Shown: positions 26,983-40,686 of the stretch, piece after piece
Position numbering within the stretch: position 1 is the stretch's first letter
Layout of the letters: each line of letters starts with the position of its first letter
DNA from: Eledone cirrhosa
Taxonomy: Eukaryota
Length of the DNA stretch: 64,000 bases
NCBI GenBank assembly: GCA_964016885.1
Contig: OZ024745.1
Location: forward strand, 73,532,001-73,596,000
Direction: 5' to 3'
Program-made: the position numbers and the translations under genes
The notes under the pieces: generated by a model
Database searches by the model: none
Seen by the model: only the letters and a program-made list of their open reading frames with translations
What the model was told of the DNA's origin: nothing

Positions 26983-27494
26983 AAGGTTTGTTGGTTCACC
27001 ACTGGATAGAACTGGTCATTCCGTATGGTCAATCCTGGTGTAATATTGTGAAGAGTACTCAACGCAGTGCAGTTCACACATCTTCGTTTGTGTAGTAGGT
27101 GGTACGAATCCAGAGTTAATTATAAATGAAATAACAGGAGGCTGGACTGGTGTAAATCCTTGAAAGGTTTATTATACTATGATCATTTCAATGACCGGTT
27201 TCCATATGAATCCGGTGATATCATCAGGTATTGGAATATAACAAAGGAATATGTAAAAAGCCATGGGTCCGGGAAACCAGAGACAGAGAGGGCGGCTGAC
27301 CAAGTAGTCTGTCTGTCTCTGGTTTCCCGGACCCATGGTTTTTCGGACCCATGGCTTTTTACATATTCCTTTGTTATATTCCAATACCTGATGATATCAC
27401 CGGATTCATATGGAAACCGGTCATTGAAATGATCATAGTATAATAAACCTTTCAAGGATTTACACCAGTCCAGCCTCCTGTTATTTCATTTATA
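26980..27494. mobile_element. PLE terminal-repeat palindrome (151-bp arms, 27121-27271 / 27344-27494) with a one-sided tail
   Basis: The arms are reverse complements, each carrying a hammerhead-like motif and AATAAA; (TA)n flanks. Confidence 0.85.
27384..27441 (+). ncRNA. Hammerhead-like motif (mirror at 27174-27231 on the minus strand)
   Basis: atac-CTGATGA(27388)-...-GAAA(27413)-cc ggtcat/atgatc a-TA-gtat-AATAAA; helix II is weak. Confidence 0.6.
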
Positions 27495-27566
27495 TATATA
27501 TATATATAAATATATATATATATACGATATTAACAAATGGAAACTATATTTATAAAACCATATTTA

Positions 27567-27627
27567 TTTCATTATACATATTTCAAGGACACCAAGTTAA
27601 ATTATGGTGTGCTTTCATCAGACAAAA
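27567..27627 (-). ncRNA. Minimal type I hammerhead ribozyme motif
   Basis: Minus strand ttttgt-CTGATGA-aag c acacca..tggtgt c ctt-GAAA-tatgta-TA-atgaaa, overlapping AATAAA. The plus-strand copy at 29344-29404 has a mutated core (CTGATAA, CAAA). Confidence 0.75.
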
Positions 27628-28989
27628 TATAATATAGATTAGTTTTATAAATAAATATTGACATACCTTTAAAAAATGCAACCATTACTGTTGGAAGCTC
27701 CCGGATAGTGGAGTTGTTTACTTATATTATTATTAGTATTGGATATTTTTATTTTTAAAATAAGCCGTTGGGTTACAGAGAAAGAAAAAGAAGGAGAGAG
27801 AGAAAAAGAGAGAGAGAGAGAGAGAGAACAGAGAGAGAGAGAGAGAGAGAGACCAAAACAACAGAGAGAGAAAGATATATATAGAGAGAGGAGACAGAGA
27901 GAAGGGGAGAGAACGAAAACTCTAAGTCATAACTTGTTGAGTTAACTTAACAATTGAGATGAAATGAATAAATAAAATTAGAAATGTTAATAATCATGAA
28001 TGGAATATACATATATAATATGAGAAATTAATCATTGTTTAAATATGATTAGATGTTTAGTTAATCATTTAAAAATTGAGATCAATATATTAAAAATTGG
28101 GAACTATACATTAAGAAATCCATATATTGCTAGGGAACTACATATCATATAACACGTATACACACGCCAAAATACATATAAATATATATACACACACTTA
28201 TAAAATACATAACATATCTAACTACGTATATAATATATACACACAAAGCATAAAGGATTCTTTAATTTAATTTAAGATATAGGAATCTTTATAATTGTTA
28301 AGATATTAAAGGAAATTTTATGTTATACACATTTTATGTTATTAAACAAAATTTTTTATATAAGTTTTATAAGATTACCTGTTATGTACTTATGGCTGTT
28401 AATTATATGTCTATCTGTCAGGAATCATAGGGATAATCACTCTATATAAGTGCAATCAAATTGTATGGATATACACGCACATGCATATACACAATTCTCA
28501 CATATACATATATATATACATGCGTGTGTACCCTCAGCCAATAGGTAGATACGCATACATATACATACAGACAGACATACATTCATAAAACGCATAGAAC
28601 ATATGTACATGTATGTCAATACACACATATACATATATACTCACATATAGAGAGAAGTATATATCAATACAGTACATAGTATAATTGAGTACTTAAAATA
28701 CAAAAGGATTATATTACAATTTGGAAATATAATTATAAGCAATATAACTTTAAAAGCAATACAATTTAAAAATATTATAGAATATTTTAAGTTATAATTT
28801 CAAAATAATAGTATGTTTAATAGATTTAGTATAGAAATAAATATGGTTTAGTATATGAAATAAATATGGTTTTATAATTATAGTTTCCATTTGTTAATAT
28901 CGTATGTTTACTACAAATAATTGTTGAGTGCTTTATAACAGTTATAAAAATATTTGGTTGTTGTATCCCAACAATTTAAATAGAACTTT

Positions 28990-29043
<54 letters not shown>

Positions 29044-29137
29044 GGAACGATCGACCTTCGTCAAATCGGACCGAGAGAACAATGTTTCCGTTGGTCTTTC
29101 CAATTGCTAATACTATCTATCGGTCGCAACTCCAGGT

Positions 29138-29257
29138 AGAAGGAGCAACATGAAATAAAGTGTCTTGCTCAAGGGCATAACGCATCGCCTGGTCCAGGAA
29201 TCGAACTCACAAACTTACGATTGCGAAACCAATTCTCTAACCACTCAGCCACACGCC
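29138..29257 (-). mobile_element. tRNA-derived SINE head (family of 2860-3100)
   Basis: GGAGCAACATGAAATAAAGTGTCTTGCTCAAGG...GGAATCGAACT...AACCACTCAGCCACACGCCT. Confidence 0.7.
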
Positions 29258-29466
29258 TATATGTATATGTATATGTATAACAGTAATGGTTGCATTTTTT
29301 AAGGGTATGTCAATATTTATTTATAAAACTGATCTATATTATATTTTGTCTGATAAAAGCACACCATAATTTAACTTGGTGTCCTTCAAATATATATAAT
29401 GAAATAAATATGGTTTTATAAATATAGTTTCCATTTGTTAATATCGTATATATATATATATATATA

Positions 29467-31756
29467 GTTAGGGAAGCAGAAAATTGCTTTTTGTGATCCA
29501 GTTCGTGGTTAAAAAAGTCAGTTTCATGGATGGTTTCAACGTACGGTTAGGGGTAACTCCGCAAGTTTGTAAGAATTCCGTTCAATTTTGGAGTATAAAG
29601 TATAAAATAGAAAACACAGGTAAGCATTAAAAGAAGGATTTTATCCAGGTATTTACGACCGTTTCATTGGTAAGTGCAACCTTATATTGCTATACTGCAA
29701 ATAGCAGCCACTCAATTATAATTGTTGTTCACAGTCCAATTTTTCAAAATTTTGAGTAAGTTACTCTTGAAATAATTCTTAATATATAGAGAAAAACATT
29801 TATTTGGAATTGTATTTACTAGTATATAGAGAGAGGAATCAGAAGGTGAGGGGACAAACGGAATAGTATAGAGAGAGAGGAAGGGGGAGAAGAGTTAGGA
29901 AGTAGAGTGACAAACTGAGATGGAGGGAGGGGTAGAGGTGGAAGGATTCCTTGATCAGTTTTGATATGTAGACTTCATGTGGAATGTAGTGTGTTAAAGA
30001 GAATTAAATTGATCATAGTGGGAGGGATGGATAGAGAGAGAGAGAGAGAGAGAGAGGGGGAGATATAAAGAGATAAATATATATATAAAAAATAAAGATA
30101 AAGATGATAATGACAAAAATAAAAGCAAAGAAGGGGGGAGAAAGAAGAAAAGAAAAGATAGCCAAAAAGGGGAGGAAAGGAAGGAAGAAAACGAAGAAAT
30201 AGAAGAGGAATGAAGGAGAAGGGGGGGATATAGGTATTGGTTTTTGTGGGTAATTAAAAGTGTTTAGATACAACAAGAGGGTATAAAGTCTAAGTATATG
30301 CAGTTTGTCAGTTGGTAGTAAGAGGTTAAGGGTTCGATTTGCACTTATAGTGCGAAAACTTCTCTTTGAGTCTATGGTTACAATAAATTGATCTTTCGAT
30401 TTTATTGTTGAGTAACCTATTCTTCGAACTCAAGATGTGGAACAGCTCAAGGTCGCATAATCGACAGCTTCTCATACCATTCCGATATGGAGGCGCGTTC
30501 GATAATTTTTTACACTTCAGGGTGTATTGATGGTTACATTCCCTCAGTTGCCAAGTCTTGTTTGCAAGGGTAGTTACATAACGATGCTGGGAATGTTTCA
30601 TTGCGTAACGGTGTGTATACCAACGGGCTTTAAATGTATTCCCAGTCGTTCCGATGTAATACCATTTCTGGTTGTCTGATTCCACTGTGCATTGGTAAAC
30701 CAGGTTAGACTGCATACATTCATTATGTAATGGACAGGTTTCAGGTAGGTGGCAGTTACAATTCTTGTCATGGGCAACTTTGGCATTATTGGTGGGCTTC
30801 GATGCCTGTACGTTTTGTGTTACGTTTTGTTTGCCTATTAGTGGGTGGGTGTGTATTAGATATTCTGTTGTGTTCAATGGTGATTGTATTGTTATTGTTG
30901 TAAATTTGTGTTCTGGTGTTGTTATGTATCTTTTTAGCGTTAAGCATCTTAATGTGTGCCTCTATATTTGGTGCCGTGGAGTAAGATAGTCTAATAGATT
31001 TAGTGTTAAGGATTTTGCTGTATCTATGTGAATCTGGAGAGTGCTTATTTATTATTCTAAAGAAGGTAGAGGGTAAATTAGTACTAATAGAGGTGTTAAA
31101 TATGGGGTTATACCAAATATATTTTCTACTGCGTGACTTGTTTGATTTCGATGTTGTATTTCTATTTATCGTATACTTTGTAGTTCTATGCGTAAGTGTG
31201 TGTGTGCGTATGTTTCTGGAGTTTGAGTTATGCGTGTTCGTGTGCGCTTTACGGAGGCTTTCATCTATATATTCTACTCTGTCTAAGTGGCCTGCCTTGT
31301 CTAATGCGGTATTGTAGTATTCTGCATGTTCTTCGAAGATTTGTCGGTTAGCTGTCGATTATGCGACCTTGAGTTCGAAGAATAAGTTACTCAACAATAA
31401 AATCGAAAGATCAATTTATTGTAACCATAGACTCAAAGAGAAGTTTTCGCACTATAAGTGCAAATCGAACCCTTAACCTCTTACTACCAACTGACAAACT
31501 GCATATACTTAGACTTTATACCCTCTTGTTGTATCTAAACACTTTTAATTACCCACAAAAACCAATACCTATATTCCCCCCCCCCCTCTTCTCCTTCATT
31601 CCTCTTCTATTTCGTCGTTTTCTTCCTTCCTTTCCTCCCCTTTTTGGCTATCTTTTCTTTTCTTCTTTCTCCCCCCTTCTTTGCTTTTATTTTTGTCATT
31701 ATTATCTTTATCTTTATTTTTTATATATATATTTATCTCTTTATATCTCCCCCCCC

Positions 31757-31789
<33 letters not shown>

Positions 31790-32219
31790 ATTCATCCCTC
31801 CCACTATGATCAATTTAATTCTCTTTAACTCACTACATTCCACGACATAAAGTCTGCTATCAAAACTGACCAAAGAATCCTTCCACCTCTACCACTCCCT
31901 CCATCTCAATTTGTCACTCTACTTCCTACCTCTTCCCCCTTCCTCCCTCTCTATACTATTCCGTTTGTCCCCTCACCTTCTGATTCCTCTCTCTCTATAC
32001 TAGTAAATACAATTCCAGATAAATGTTTTTCTCTATATATTAAGAATTATTTCAAGAGTAACTCACTATTTTGAAAATTTGGACAGTGAACAACAATTAT
32101 AATTGAGTGGCTGCTATTTGCAGTATAGCAATATAAGGTTGCACTTACCAATGAAACGGTCGTAAATACCTGGATAAAATCCTTCTTTTAATGCTTACCT
32201 GTGTTTTCTCTTTTATACT
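29467..32219. mobile_element. Penelope-like element (Naiad/Neptune type) with ~0.86-kb inverted repeat, in (TA)n
   Basis: 29598-30465 is the inverse of 31352-32219. Between them the minus strand encodes IFEEHAEYYNTALDKAGH, YIWYNPIF and RLSYSTAPN followed by the GIY-YIG domain. Degenerate hammerhead: TTGAAAA..ttgg/ccaa..GAAAcggtcgTA. Confidence 0.9.
30326..31350 (-). pseudogene. PLE RT-thumb/linker + GIY-YIG endonuclease fragment
   Basis: ORF 30326-30877 has CNC-x5-CPL-x3-C, LVYQC..YYIGTT..FKARW..H and CRLCDLE; upstream broken frames carry the PLE linker motifs. Confidence 0.9.
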
Positions 32220-32303
32220 ATATATATATATATAATCAAGGTTTAGCAAATAAGAAAAAGTTTCAAAATAAATTTCAAAAAATTCACTGTACTTACTATG
32301 GTT

Positions 32304-32390
32304 ACCTTTACCGAATCGGTTTCAAGTCTCAAAAATAAATGGATAGTCCTTGCGGGCTTCCATTGAAAAGATACACTCTCGTCAGAAGGT
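32304..32390 (-). ncRNA. Type I hammerhead ribozyme motif within a (TA)n-flanked fragment (about 32234-32618)
   Basis: Minus strand acctt-CTGACGA-gagt...actt-GAAA-ccga t tcgg-TA-aaggt; perfect 5-bp helix I. Confidence 0.8.
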
Positions 32391-33760
32391 TCTTTTCACT
32401 CGGAGAATATAAAATTCCCGAGTTCAAATTACGAACTGGCGCTATTCAAAATTGTTCCCGAGATGAGAATGAATGATGTGGAAGCAATTCTGTCCAGTGC
32501 CGTGTGCAAAGATAGAAGATATATACACATATGATTGCAGGGTCCCGTAACACCTGATGGAGCCGTAGGGGTACCATAGTGACATACGACGTGATGCAGC
32601 CCATCCCTCCCCAGGTTTATATATATATATATATATATTAGCCTGATAGTGGGGCTTAGAACCCTCAGAGAAATGGAAAATTTCTTTAGTAAAAAAATAG
32701 GGTGAAAGCTTCTATTTTCTAATTTCAAACTTGCTCGCTGTTTCAAAACATATTTACTTATATATATATATATATATATATATTAATTTATAACTGTATA
32801 AAGTTAACTGTCTCTAATACGTAAACACCTCAATGAAAGATGTATTAATAAATTATCCAATCAGAGAAGTATTAAAATATATTAAACTTTGTCTCTTGAG
32901 AATAATTAGACCATCGTTTGTATGTAATTTCACACTAAAATTGTTGCTTATTTATTCTAGTTTGCTGAGGAGTAATGGGCATAGAATTTCGTATATATTA
33001 ACCCTATCCTAGACTCTCTATCAAAACGTCGAAAGATTCTTCATATTTATTCAGCAGAAACGCGCTGTTGTAAATAAGAGTGCACGTCTAGAATGGAGTA
33101 TACGTACAATCTCATTTGTTGTTAGAGTTAGTGTGCTGAAATGTGCGCTATATAAGTGTTATGGAAGAAGCCATTAATGATGGATGGATAAAAATCTTCC
33201 AAGTCAAATTTAATAAATGTTTATCGATATTTATCCTCGATCTGTTTGAACAAATTTATCATTGCACATTTGTTTTTTGTTTTTCTATCTCTTAATTTCT
33301 ATATATTGCTAGATTCAATTTAATATTTAGCACATTCTCTACGAATTAGACTACTTTATAATGTTAATTCTTTAACATTTATATTTTGAAAGTCATTGTG
33401 TGTATGCATATGGTACTTGTTTTTGGTCGTTGTGCTTGATTTGTTCTTTTGTTTAGTTTACGTAAAAACAACGAAAACCAAAAACGCCGCCTGACATCGT
33501 GCTACTATAAATTAAATACTATAATTATAAAAACCTCTCTTCTTTTGTTTATTGTATATGAAACATGAACATTTTAGATCACAAAGATTAAATTCACATA
33601 GGGATAGATATTTAAATCATATTTTATTTATAGCATATAGAATATTCATATTCTTAACTATACACATATTTTCATTAATTCTCGTAAGATACAGAGCTCT
33701 ATCGTGACATTAACATTCATATATCAATAGATACAGTATGGTAGTATTGTAAAAATTGCG

Positions 33761-33822
<62 letters not shown>

Positions 33823-33925
33823 TGGTTACACAACAGTTAGTTGTGTAACTCGTCCCATAGACTGAGTGCTCTACCACTACGGATATTACCTTCCAGTGTT
33901 CTACTACTACTACTACTACTACTAC

Positions 33926-33984
<59 letters not shown>

Positions 33985-34090
33985 GATATATATATATATA
34001 TATGTGTGTGTGTATGTAAAAGGTAAACAGAAATAACAACACAATACTGTATATGGAAGGAATATATTAGGTTAACGGTTAATATATATA

Positions 34091-34151
<61 letters not shown>

Positions 34152-34210
34152 CAAGGCTCTGATACCATCAACACTATACACACAGAGCTGGCATATCTAA
34201 GAACTGACTA

Positions 34211-34266
34211 ACTGCCTGATGAGGTCATAGCCATTCAATGGCTATCATCGAAATATATATAGCAGT
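34211..34266 (+). ncRNA. Minimal type I hammerhead ribozyme motif within a (TA)n-flanked fragment (34148-34313)
   Basis: actgc-CTGATGA(34216)-g..atagcca ttcaa tggctat..c-GAAA(34250)-tatata-TA-gcagt, then AATAAA. Confidence 0.82.
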
Positions 34267-34404
34267 AAATAAAGGATTATGAGTTCATGCAATTGACTTA
34301 TGTTTCGTCACTATATATTTATATATATATATATAAATATATACAGTATTGTGTTGTTATTTCTGTTTACCTTTTACATACACACACATATATATATATG
34401 TGTA

Positions 34405-35270
34405 TGTAGGTGAAGCGTTAATTGGTCACAGATCAGTCCGCCATCTCAGGCGTTCAATGTATCACGTAGGATTTTGGTAGTGCTGGTGATGTTAGAAATT
34501 TTGGCACTGATTATGAAGTCAGGAATCTCAATGCTTTTGATGAAAGGTGTAAGGCATTTAGGGACGTGTGACTAGCACCTTAATGACGCTTAGCACAACT
34601 TCTGTCTCTACATGATGCTCAGTTCTAATAGCGCCCACAACGTCTGCATACTTATTGATCTTTTCCATTTCCCTTTCCTTGTATTGACTTTGGTTCAGCC
34701 TGAATTCATTTATATAATTCCGTTTTGGGGGTTTGTACTTTCTGTTTGTTGTCCTGTCATTATATGTATTTTTTGTGGCAATTTCTTTTTTGGTGAATTT
34801 AGTTTCGTCTGAAATTATTTATGTACATCAGGTTTTGGTGTAAGTTGTTTCCCCTTGATAGTCTATTTATGTGTTCAAATAGCGATGGTTGTCTTAGAAA
34901 TTCATAGGTTCGCCTTTTGTCACAGTTTCTGTGTGGGGTTTTTTCCGTATTCGAATTTTCTTTGTTGATAGGTTGCATATTGGGGTTATGTTGTGTGGTT
35001 GGTGTCAGCGTAGCTCTTCGTGTTCCTGGTTTTTATTTTGTTAAGAAATGGATTTTCTGAATTGTATTCTATTTTAAATTGTTCTTCATAGTGTGCGAAC
35101 TAGTTTCCGTTCTTCTCCCATCTTTGTAATGAGATTAGTTCCTCGTTCTCACATTCTTGCTTCCATTGTGTATGAATGTGATCCAACTGTTCTCCATCGT
35201 AGATTCTGGAGATTTCGATTACTATCTGTTAATCAATGTCCTTGTATTCATTTGCGTTTGCTCTTAATTT
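34405..35270 (-). mobile_element. Decayed, internally deleted RLE-type (R4-like) retrotransposon
   Basis: The minus strand near 34690-34445 translates to ..EMEKINKYADVVGAIRTEHHVETEVV.. and ..STTKILRDTLNA*, typical of an RLE C-terminus; ends in CATA/CA repeat. The upstream limit is uncertain. Confidence 0.5.
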
Positions 35271-35349
35271 CATTAATTTGATTTCGTTTCGTTTCGTATG
35301 TTTTGCATGAGATAGCTTTTCACTATATACACACACACACGCACGCGCG

Positions 35350-35515
<166 letters not shown>

Positions 35516-35642
35516 AATATATATAGGGAATGTAACGTCCAGTTACTGTAGGTTTACCAGAGTGAGTACTAGATGCGTAGTTTCCAGTCGGTAAAGAGGT
35601 CCGACGAGCTTTTAATTCCAGAGTCGGGGCAGATGTGGAACA

Positions 35643-38600
35643 TTTCTAAACAACGACGACAACGACGAAAAATGTGTGCGGTAAATACGGATAGCCATTT
35701 CATTCGTCTGACGTCATGAAGAATAGCAGCAGCAGCCGTAATAACAGCAGCAGCAGCAGCAACAGTGTCGAGGAAAATACTAGTAGCAGCCGCAACAACA
35801 TCAGCAGCAGCATAAACAACAGCAGCAGCAGCAGCAGCAGCAGTAACAACAACAGCAACAACACAAACAACAACAGCAACAGCGGCGGCGGCGGTCGTAG
35901 TACCACAGCAACAACAAAAGTAACAGCAGCTCTGACGACAACATCAACAACAACAAGAAAGAAAAACCAATCTCGTTTGCAGGTATCGCAAAGAACCTGG
36001 AAACCATCCTTATAACAAATGAGAAATTACAGGAAGCAAAGAAGATGGTGACGAAAACCGGACACCGAGCAATCTGAAAGGCAGCCGAAAAATGTTTCGA
36101 AACCCAACAGCACTGTACGGTCACGTACCGTAGAGTAATCACAAAATCCCGTAGGGTTGAAAGAGCCACAGAGGCTTAAATACAAAAAGCCTTAGGGTCT
36201 GTGTGGCAGCGGAAAACGCATATCACCCGAGGCAAGAAATATGCCACCGTGGACGTGCTTTTTGCCACACCCCAGGAGGCAAAGACTCAATCCTTAGTGA
36301 CCCTAAGGAACGAGGAAATGGTGTTGGTGCCCTCCTACTGCGGGCAAAAAATTGTGAGGGTCAAACTGTCCCAAGCCCCCCCCCCCCCCCGGGATGGCCC
36401 CTTCTTGGCTGGCCGCGTCTGTCCTCATCGCAATCGAGGACAAAACAACCGTACTGAAAGTACAGAAAAAGTACGAGAAGATTGGGTCGGCGCCTCCATT
36501 GAGATGTTAATTCAAAAAACCAGGAATGCATCGAAGCTATCCCGGATGTGATAGACTTCGATAATGGCACTCAACTTCCCATAAGTGTTGAGGGCAAACG
36601 CATGAAATGCTTTCGCTGTGGGTCGAAGACTCACCTCAGGGCCCTCTGCAATGAGAAGACCCTGAGAAAGGAGACCCCCCCCTCCTTCCGAAACCGGCCC
36701 CACTGCTACCAGCAACAGTACAGGCGGCAAGCAGGAACATAGGTCCGTGGCACCCATACCACGCCACGGAAATCAAGAACAGCAGCAGCAGTGGAAGTAT
36801 TAACAACAACAGTAATACCAACTGCAGCTGCAACAGAGACTCTACTGCAACCAACACCAACAAGAACAAGTGAAAGAGTGGAGCTGGTACCCCTCCTCGA
36901 CCTCACAGAATCGGACATAAAGTGTGAGGTGGGAGAGGGATTGCAAAAGGTCGCAAGAAGGCACAAACGCAGAAGCAGCGCTCGTCGCCTTCGAAAAGGG
37001 AGGGAAGAAATGAAAAATGGGTAAAGGCTACTGCAAAGAGACTTACAGCAGCAACACCACCAACACCATCACCACCCACACTAGCACTACCATCACCACC
37101 GGCGGCAACCCCACCGCCAGCAACAACAACAACAACACCTTCAACAACACCACCACAAGCACCAACATCGCAAACACAACAACAAAACACACACACCCAG
37201 CAACAACGACAAGAAAATAGCAGAACCACACCCGCCCCCAGAAAAAGAAATGCACAGCAATAAATACACACAAAAAAGAAACTAATGACTTAAACACAGA
37301 CATTTCCCAGCACGACTACATAATACCAGCACCAATCAAAACACCAACGAACATAAGACTGGTAAAAATATCACAGAAACAATACACAAACATTAAAATG
37401 AAATTCCCCAACGCAGTTGGTGATTTCAGAGACCTAGGAGGGACACTAAACTGGAGAGTATACTCGGATATACTCACAGAAGAGCCGGCGACCAGCCGAA
37501 GGGACGATTCAACGGTCCCTTCACCAGACGATCAAGGTAAGTGATCCTTTCTCACTTGCCCCATTCCTCACCCAACATGGCCGTATTCAGGATCGGAAGT
37601 GTAAACGTGCGTGGCTTGAGCTCGGTTTGGAAGCAGGGTCACTTGCTTAATGACCTCAAGTCACTAAACATAGATGTGGTGGCCATCAGCGAGACGAGAA
37701 TCTCCGAACCGCAAACTATCGCACCGATTTTCGACGGTTACGAGGTGTACGCATCTCCGAGCCGTCCGGGAGCGGGGGGCGGTGTGGCTGTGTAGTTTCG
37801 GAAAGGCTTGGGTCCCACCGTACGGACCATCTTCCTGGACTCAGAAGGTAAGTCGGTGGTGCTGGACGTAAGCGGCACCGAAGGCAACGCTTTCAGGCTA
37901 GTAGCCGTCTATGTACCGACAGGGACAGGACGGCCAGATTTCTTTAGACGTCTAGAGGCCTTTCTTGGAACGTCCCGCTCTTTAGTGTTAGTGGGCGACT
38001 GGAACGGTATCTTGGGTGCACACTGGGATTTTGTGGGGCTAGTGGATAGGGGAGGAGGGTGCAAGAGCCTTACCATCTTTTCCACTCCATTTCAACATGA
38101 CCTCACTCAGAATAGGCAGCATAAATGCGCGTGGCTTGGGATCGTCATGGAAGCAGGGTCACCTGCTAAACGACCTCAGGTCACTGAACATAGATGTAGT
38201 GGCCATCAGCGAAACCAGAATCTCCGAAGCACGGGCCTTCGCACCGATCTTCGGCGGCTACGATGTGTACGCATCTCCCAGCCGTCCTGGATCGGGGGCA
38301 GGAGTTGCTGCGCTTTTTCGGAGAGATTTGGATCACGCCATACCGGCCTAAGTTGGTGGTGCTGGACGTGACCAGCGGAGACGGGCAAGCTTTCAGGCTA
38401 GTAGCCGTCTATGACCCAACAGGAGCAGGGCGGCCTGATTTCTTCCGACGTCTGGAGACCTTTCTTGGAACGTCCCGCTCTTTAGTGTTAGTGGGCGACT
38501 GGAACGGGATCTTAGATGCACGCTGGCACTGTGTGGGATTAGCGGATAGGGGAGGAGGGTGCAAGAGACTTACCAACCTGCTCAGGCGTTTTGAACTGTC

Positions 38601-40686
38601 TAACAGGTACCGATTAGATTTCCCGAATGTGCCAATGTGGATTTGGACAAATCGCATAGGGTCATCCAGATCATATCTAGATAGAGTATTTTGATAGGTC
38701 TAGCATAGGCTGTCCACAATTCAAGATAATCAGCTACACGGACCACAAATTCGTGATCTGTGTGCTTGACTTAGATAGGCTTCATAGACGAGGACCCGGC
38801 TACTGGAAGCTAAACGCGTCCTTACCAGCGCGCAAGGCCTACAGAGACCGGATTAGCGAACTAGTTAAGCGGGCGTTGACGGGGACCATCGTCAACAACA
38901 AGTGGTGGTTTGCTCTGAAAAGAGCAATTAGAATAGAGTCCATTAGGTTTAGTAAGGCTTTAGCAATAGAGAAAAATAGAGGAGAGGGGGAATAGTTAGA
39001 AAATTAGACGAGGCGCTTAGCAAAGGCATCGCGACCGACGTACTTGCGGCGAAATTGGCCCTTGACCAATGCAAAGCACGAAGGCTGCGTTGTCAGAGCT
39101 AGGGTGCTTGCTCTCAGACAAGAGGGGACGAAAGCCGTTCAATGGGCCCGAGTGGCGGAGGCGCGTCGTGGCAACAAAGCCACGATCCGGTCTTTGGTGG
39201 ACCACAAACGGGTGCATGCTACTCGATCCCGGGCAAATGTGTGAAGCTTTTCAGCAACACTTCGCACAGCTGTTCGGGGGTAGCGGCGGGTCGGTTCGAG
39301 GGATGCATTTTAGTGTCTACCTCGACGGAGTGCCGCGGGTCTCGGCCACTGAGCGGAGTGTTGCGAAAAGCCGATAACAGCCGCTGAAGTACGGGAGGCA
39401 ATGTCTGGCTGCACAAGGGGTAAATCGCCTGGTTTGGATGGTCTGCCCTATGAACTTTACGTACAGATGCCAGACTTGTTCGGAGGCCTCTTGGCGGACG
39501 TCTACTGCAACTGGCAACAGAACGGGAGAATTCCCAGCTCTGTGAGCCAAGGAGCGGTGGCGCTGCTGAGAAAGGATCTGAACAAGGGGGATAACATAGA
39601 TAATTTCAGGCCCATAACTCTGCTAAACACACAGTTCAAGATTTTGGCCAAGGTGCTAGCAAAGAGGTTGGGGCTTGTCGTTGGTGGTCTGGTGGGAGAG
39701 GTGCAGACATGCGCGATTCCCGACAGATCTAACCACGACAACCTCCACCTCATGCGATACATCGTAGAGAGGGTAGCTAGGGAACATGGCACGGGTGGGT
39801 CCTTGATCAATTTAGATCAGTTCTCAGGGCGGCTGGCTTCTAGGCGTCGACGAAAATCAACTAGCCAATCTCTTTGGAAGAACTTTTGGGCCGGGGCCTA
39901 TGGACAACTTCCAGAAATTTCTGGCCTGGCAGTGCTACCGAGGAGCTTTGCCAGTTCGTGATAAACTCTACAGGCATGGAGGTGCCGTCAGCCGGGCATG
40001 TCCGAGATGCGCGCAGGGCGACGAAACCGTCCTGCAGGCACACGTCCAGTGTCCGAGCATTGCTGACTTGTGGGTTTATGTCGAACACCTGCTGTCGCGT
40101 GTAGGACGGATCCGGCTATCAGCTGAGTCCATCGTGAGGATTGCTCCGACCTCTTCCTTTAGCCGGGAAGGGCAGGCAGTTTTTATCTGTCTGGTGGCCA
40201 TGGCGAAAGAGATAGTATGGTGGACACGTTTGAAAGGGCTGAAGACGAGCACTTACCTCTTCGGTGATGCCCAGATTAACTTTTTCAAATTTCATTTGAA
40301 AAGGAAAATCAGGGTAGAGAGGGAAGTGCTCTCTTCCCAGCATTTTGTTGAAAGATGGGTGAGAGAAGCAAGAATGGCCCGAGTGAATGGGCCTACTCTG
40401 AGTATATATCTGTAAATTAAAGGTGGAAAACTGGGAGAGGGCACTTGCCTTGGTGGTCAGGGTCATTGTGGCCTTTTACTGGGCTTTCTCCACAAATGTC
40501 CCTCCGAAGTCTCCCCCCTATTGGGGAATTTTTCATTGTTATTTTTTGTTACATCCTCTGTTTTTGTTTTTTACACGCAGAAATGCCCATTTGTACCGTC
40601 CTGTATTGTCCTGCACTGTCCTTAATGTCTACTTTATGTAAACCCTTGTGGTTAATAAAGAAATCATTATTATTATTATTATTATT
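35643..40686 (+). mobile_element. Tx1/L1-clade LINE, unit 1 (ORF1 type A; 5'-truncated, chimeric, RT core deleted)
   Basis: Decayed ORF1 homologous to 40902-43004; two APE N-termini (37577, 38097); deletion at about 39820-39840; 3'UTR, AATAAA at 40654, (TTA)n. Confidence 0.9.

Larger units (their letters stand above)
27526..29447. mobile_element. Inverted pair of PLE terminal repeats (27526-27692 minus; 29279-29447 plus) around AT-rich filler and a SINE
   Basis: Arms of about 165 bp are reverse complements with few mismatches; tips of the same family occur at 14551, 21673 and 28857. Confidence 0.75.

Noticed and set aside
27160-27455. Two 90-aa ORFs with identical N-termini on opposite strands
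   Set aside because: A by-product of the DNA palindrome.
30326-31350. Possible selenocysteine (in-frame TGA) usage, as reported for some Naiad PLEs
   Set aside because: The conserved Cys positions visible in both GIY-YIG fragments translate as Cys; no TGA was seen there.
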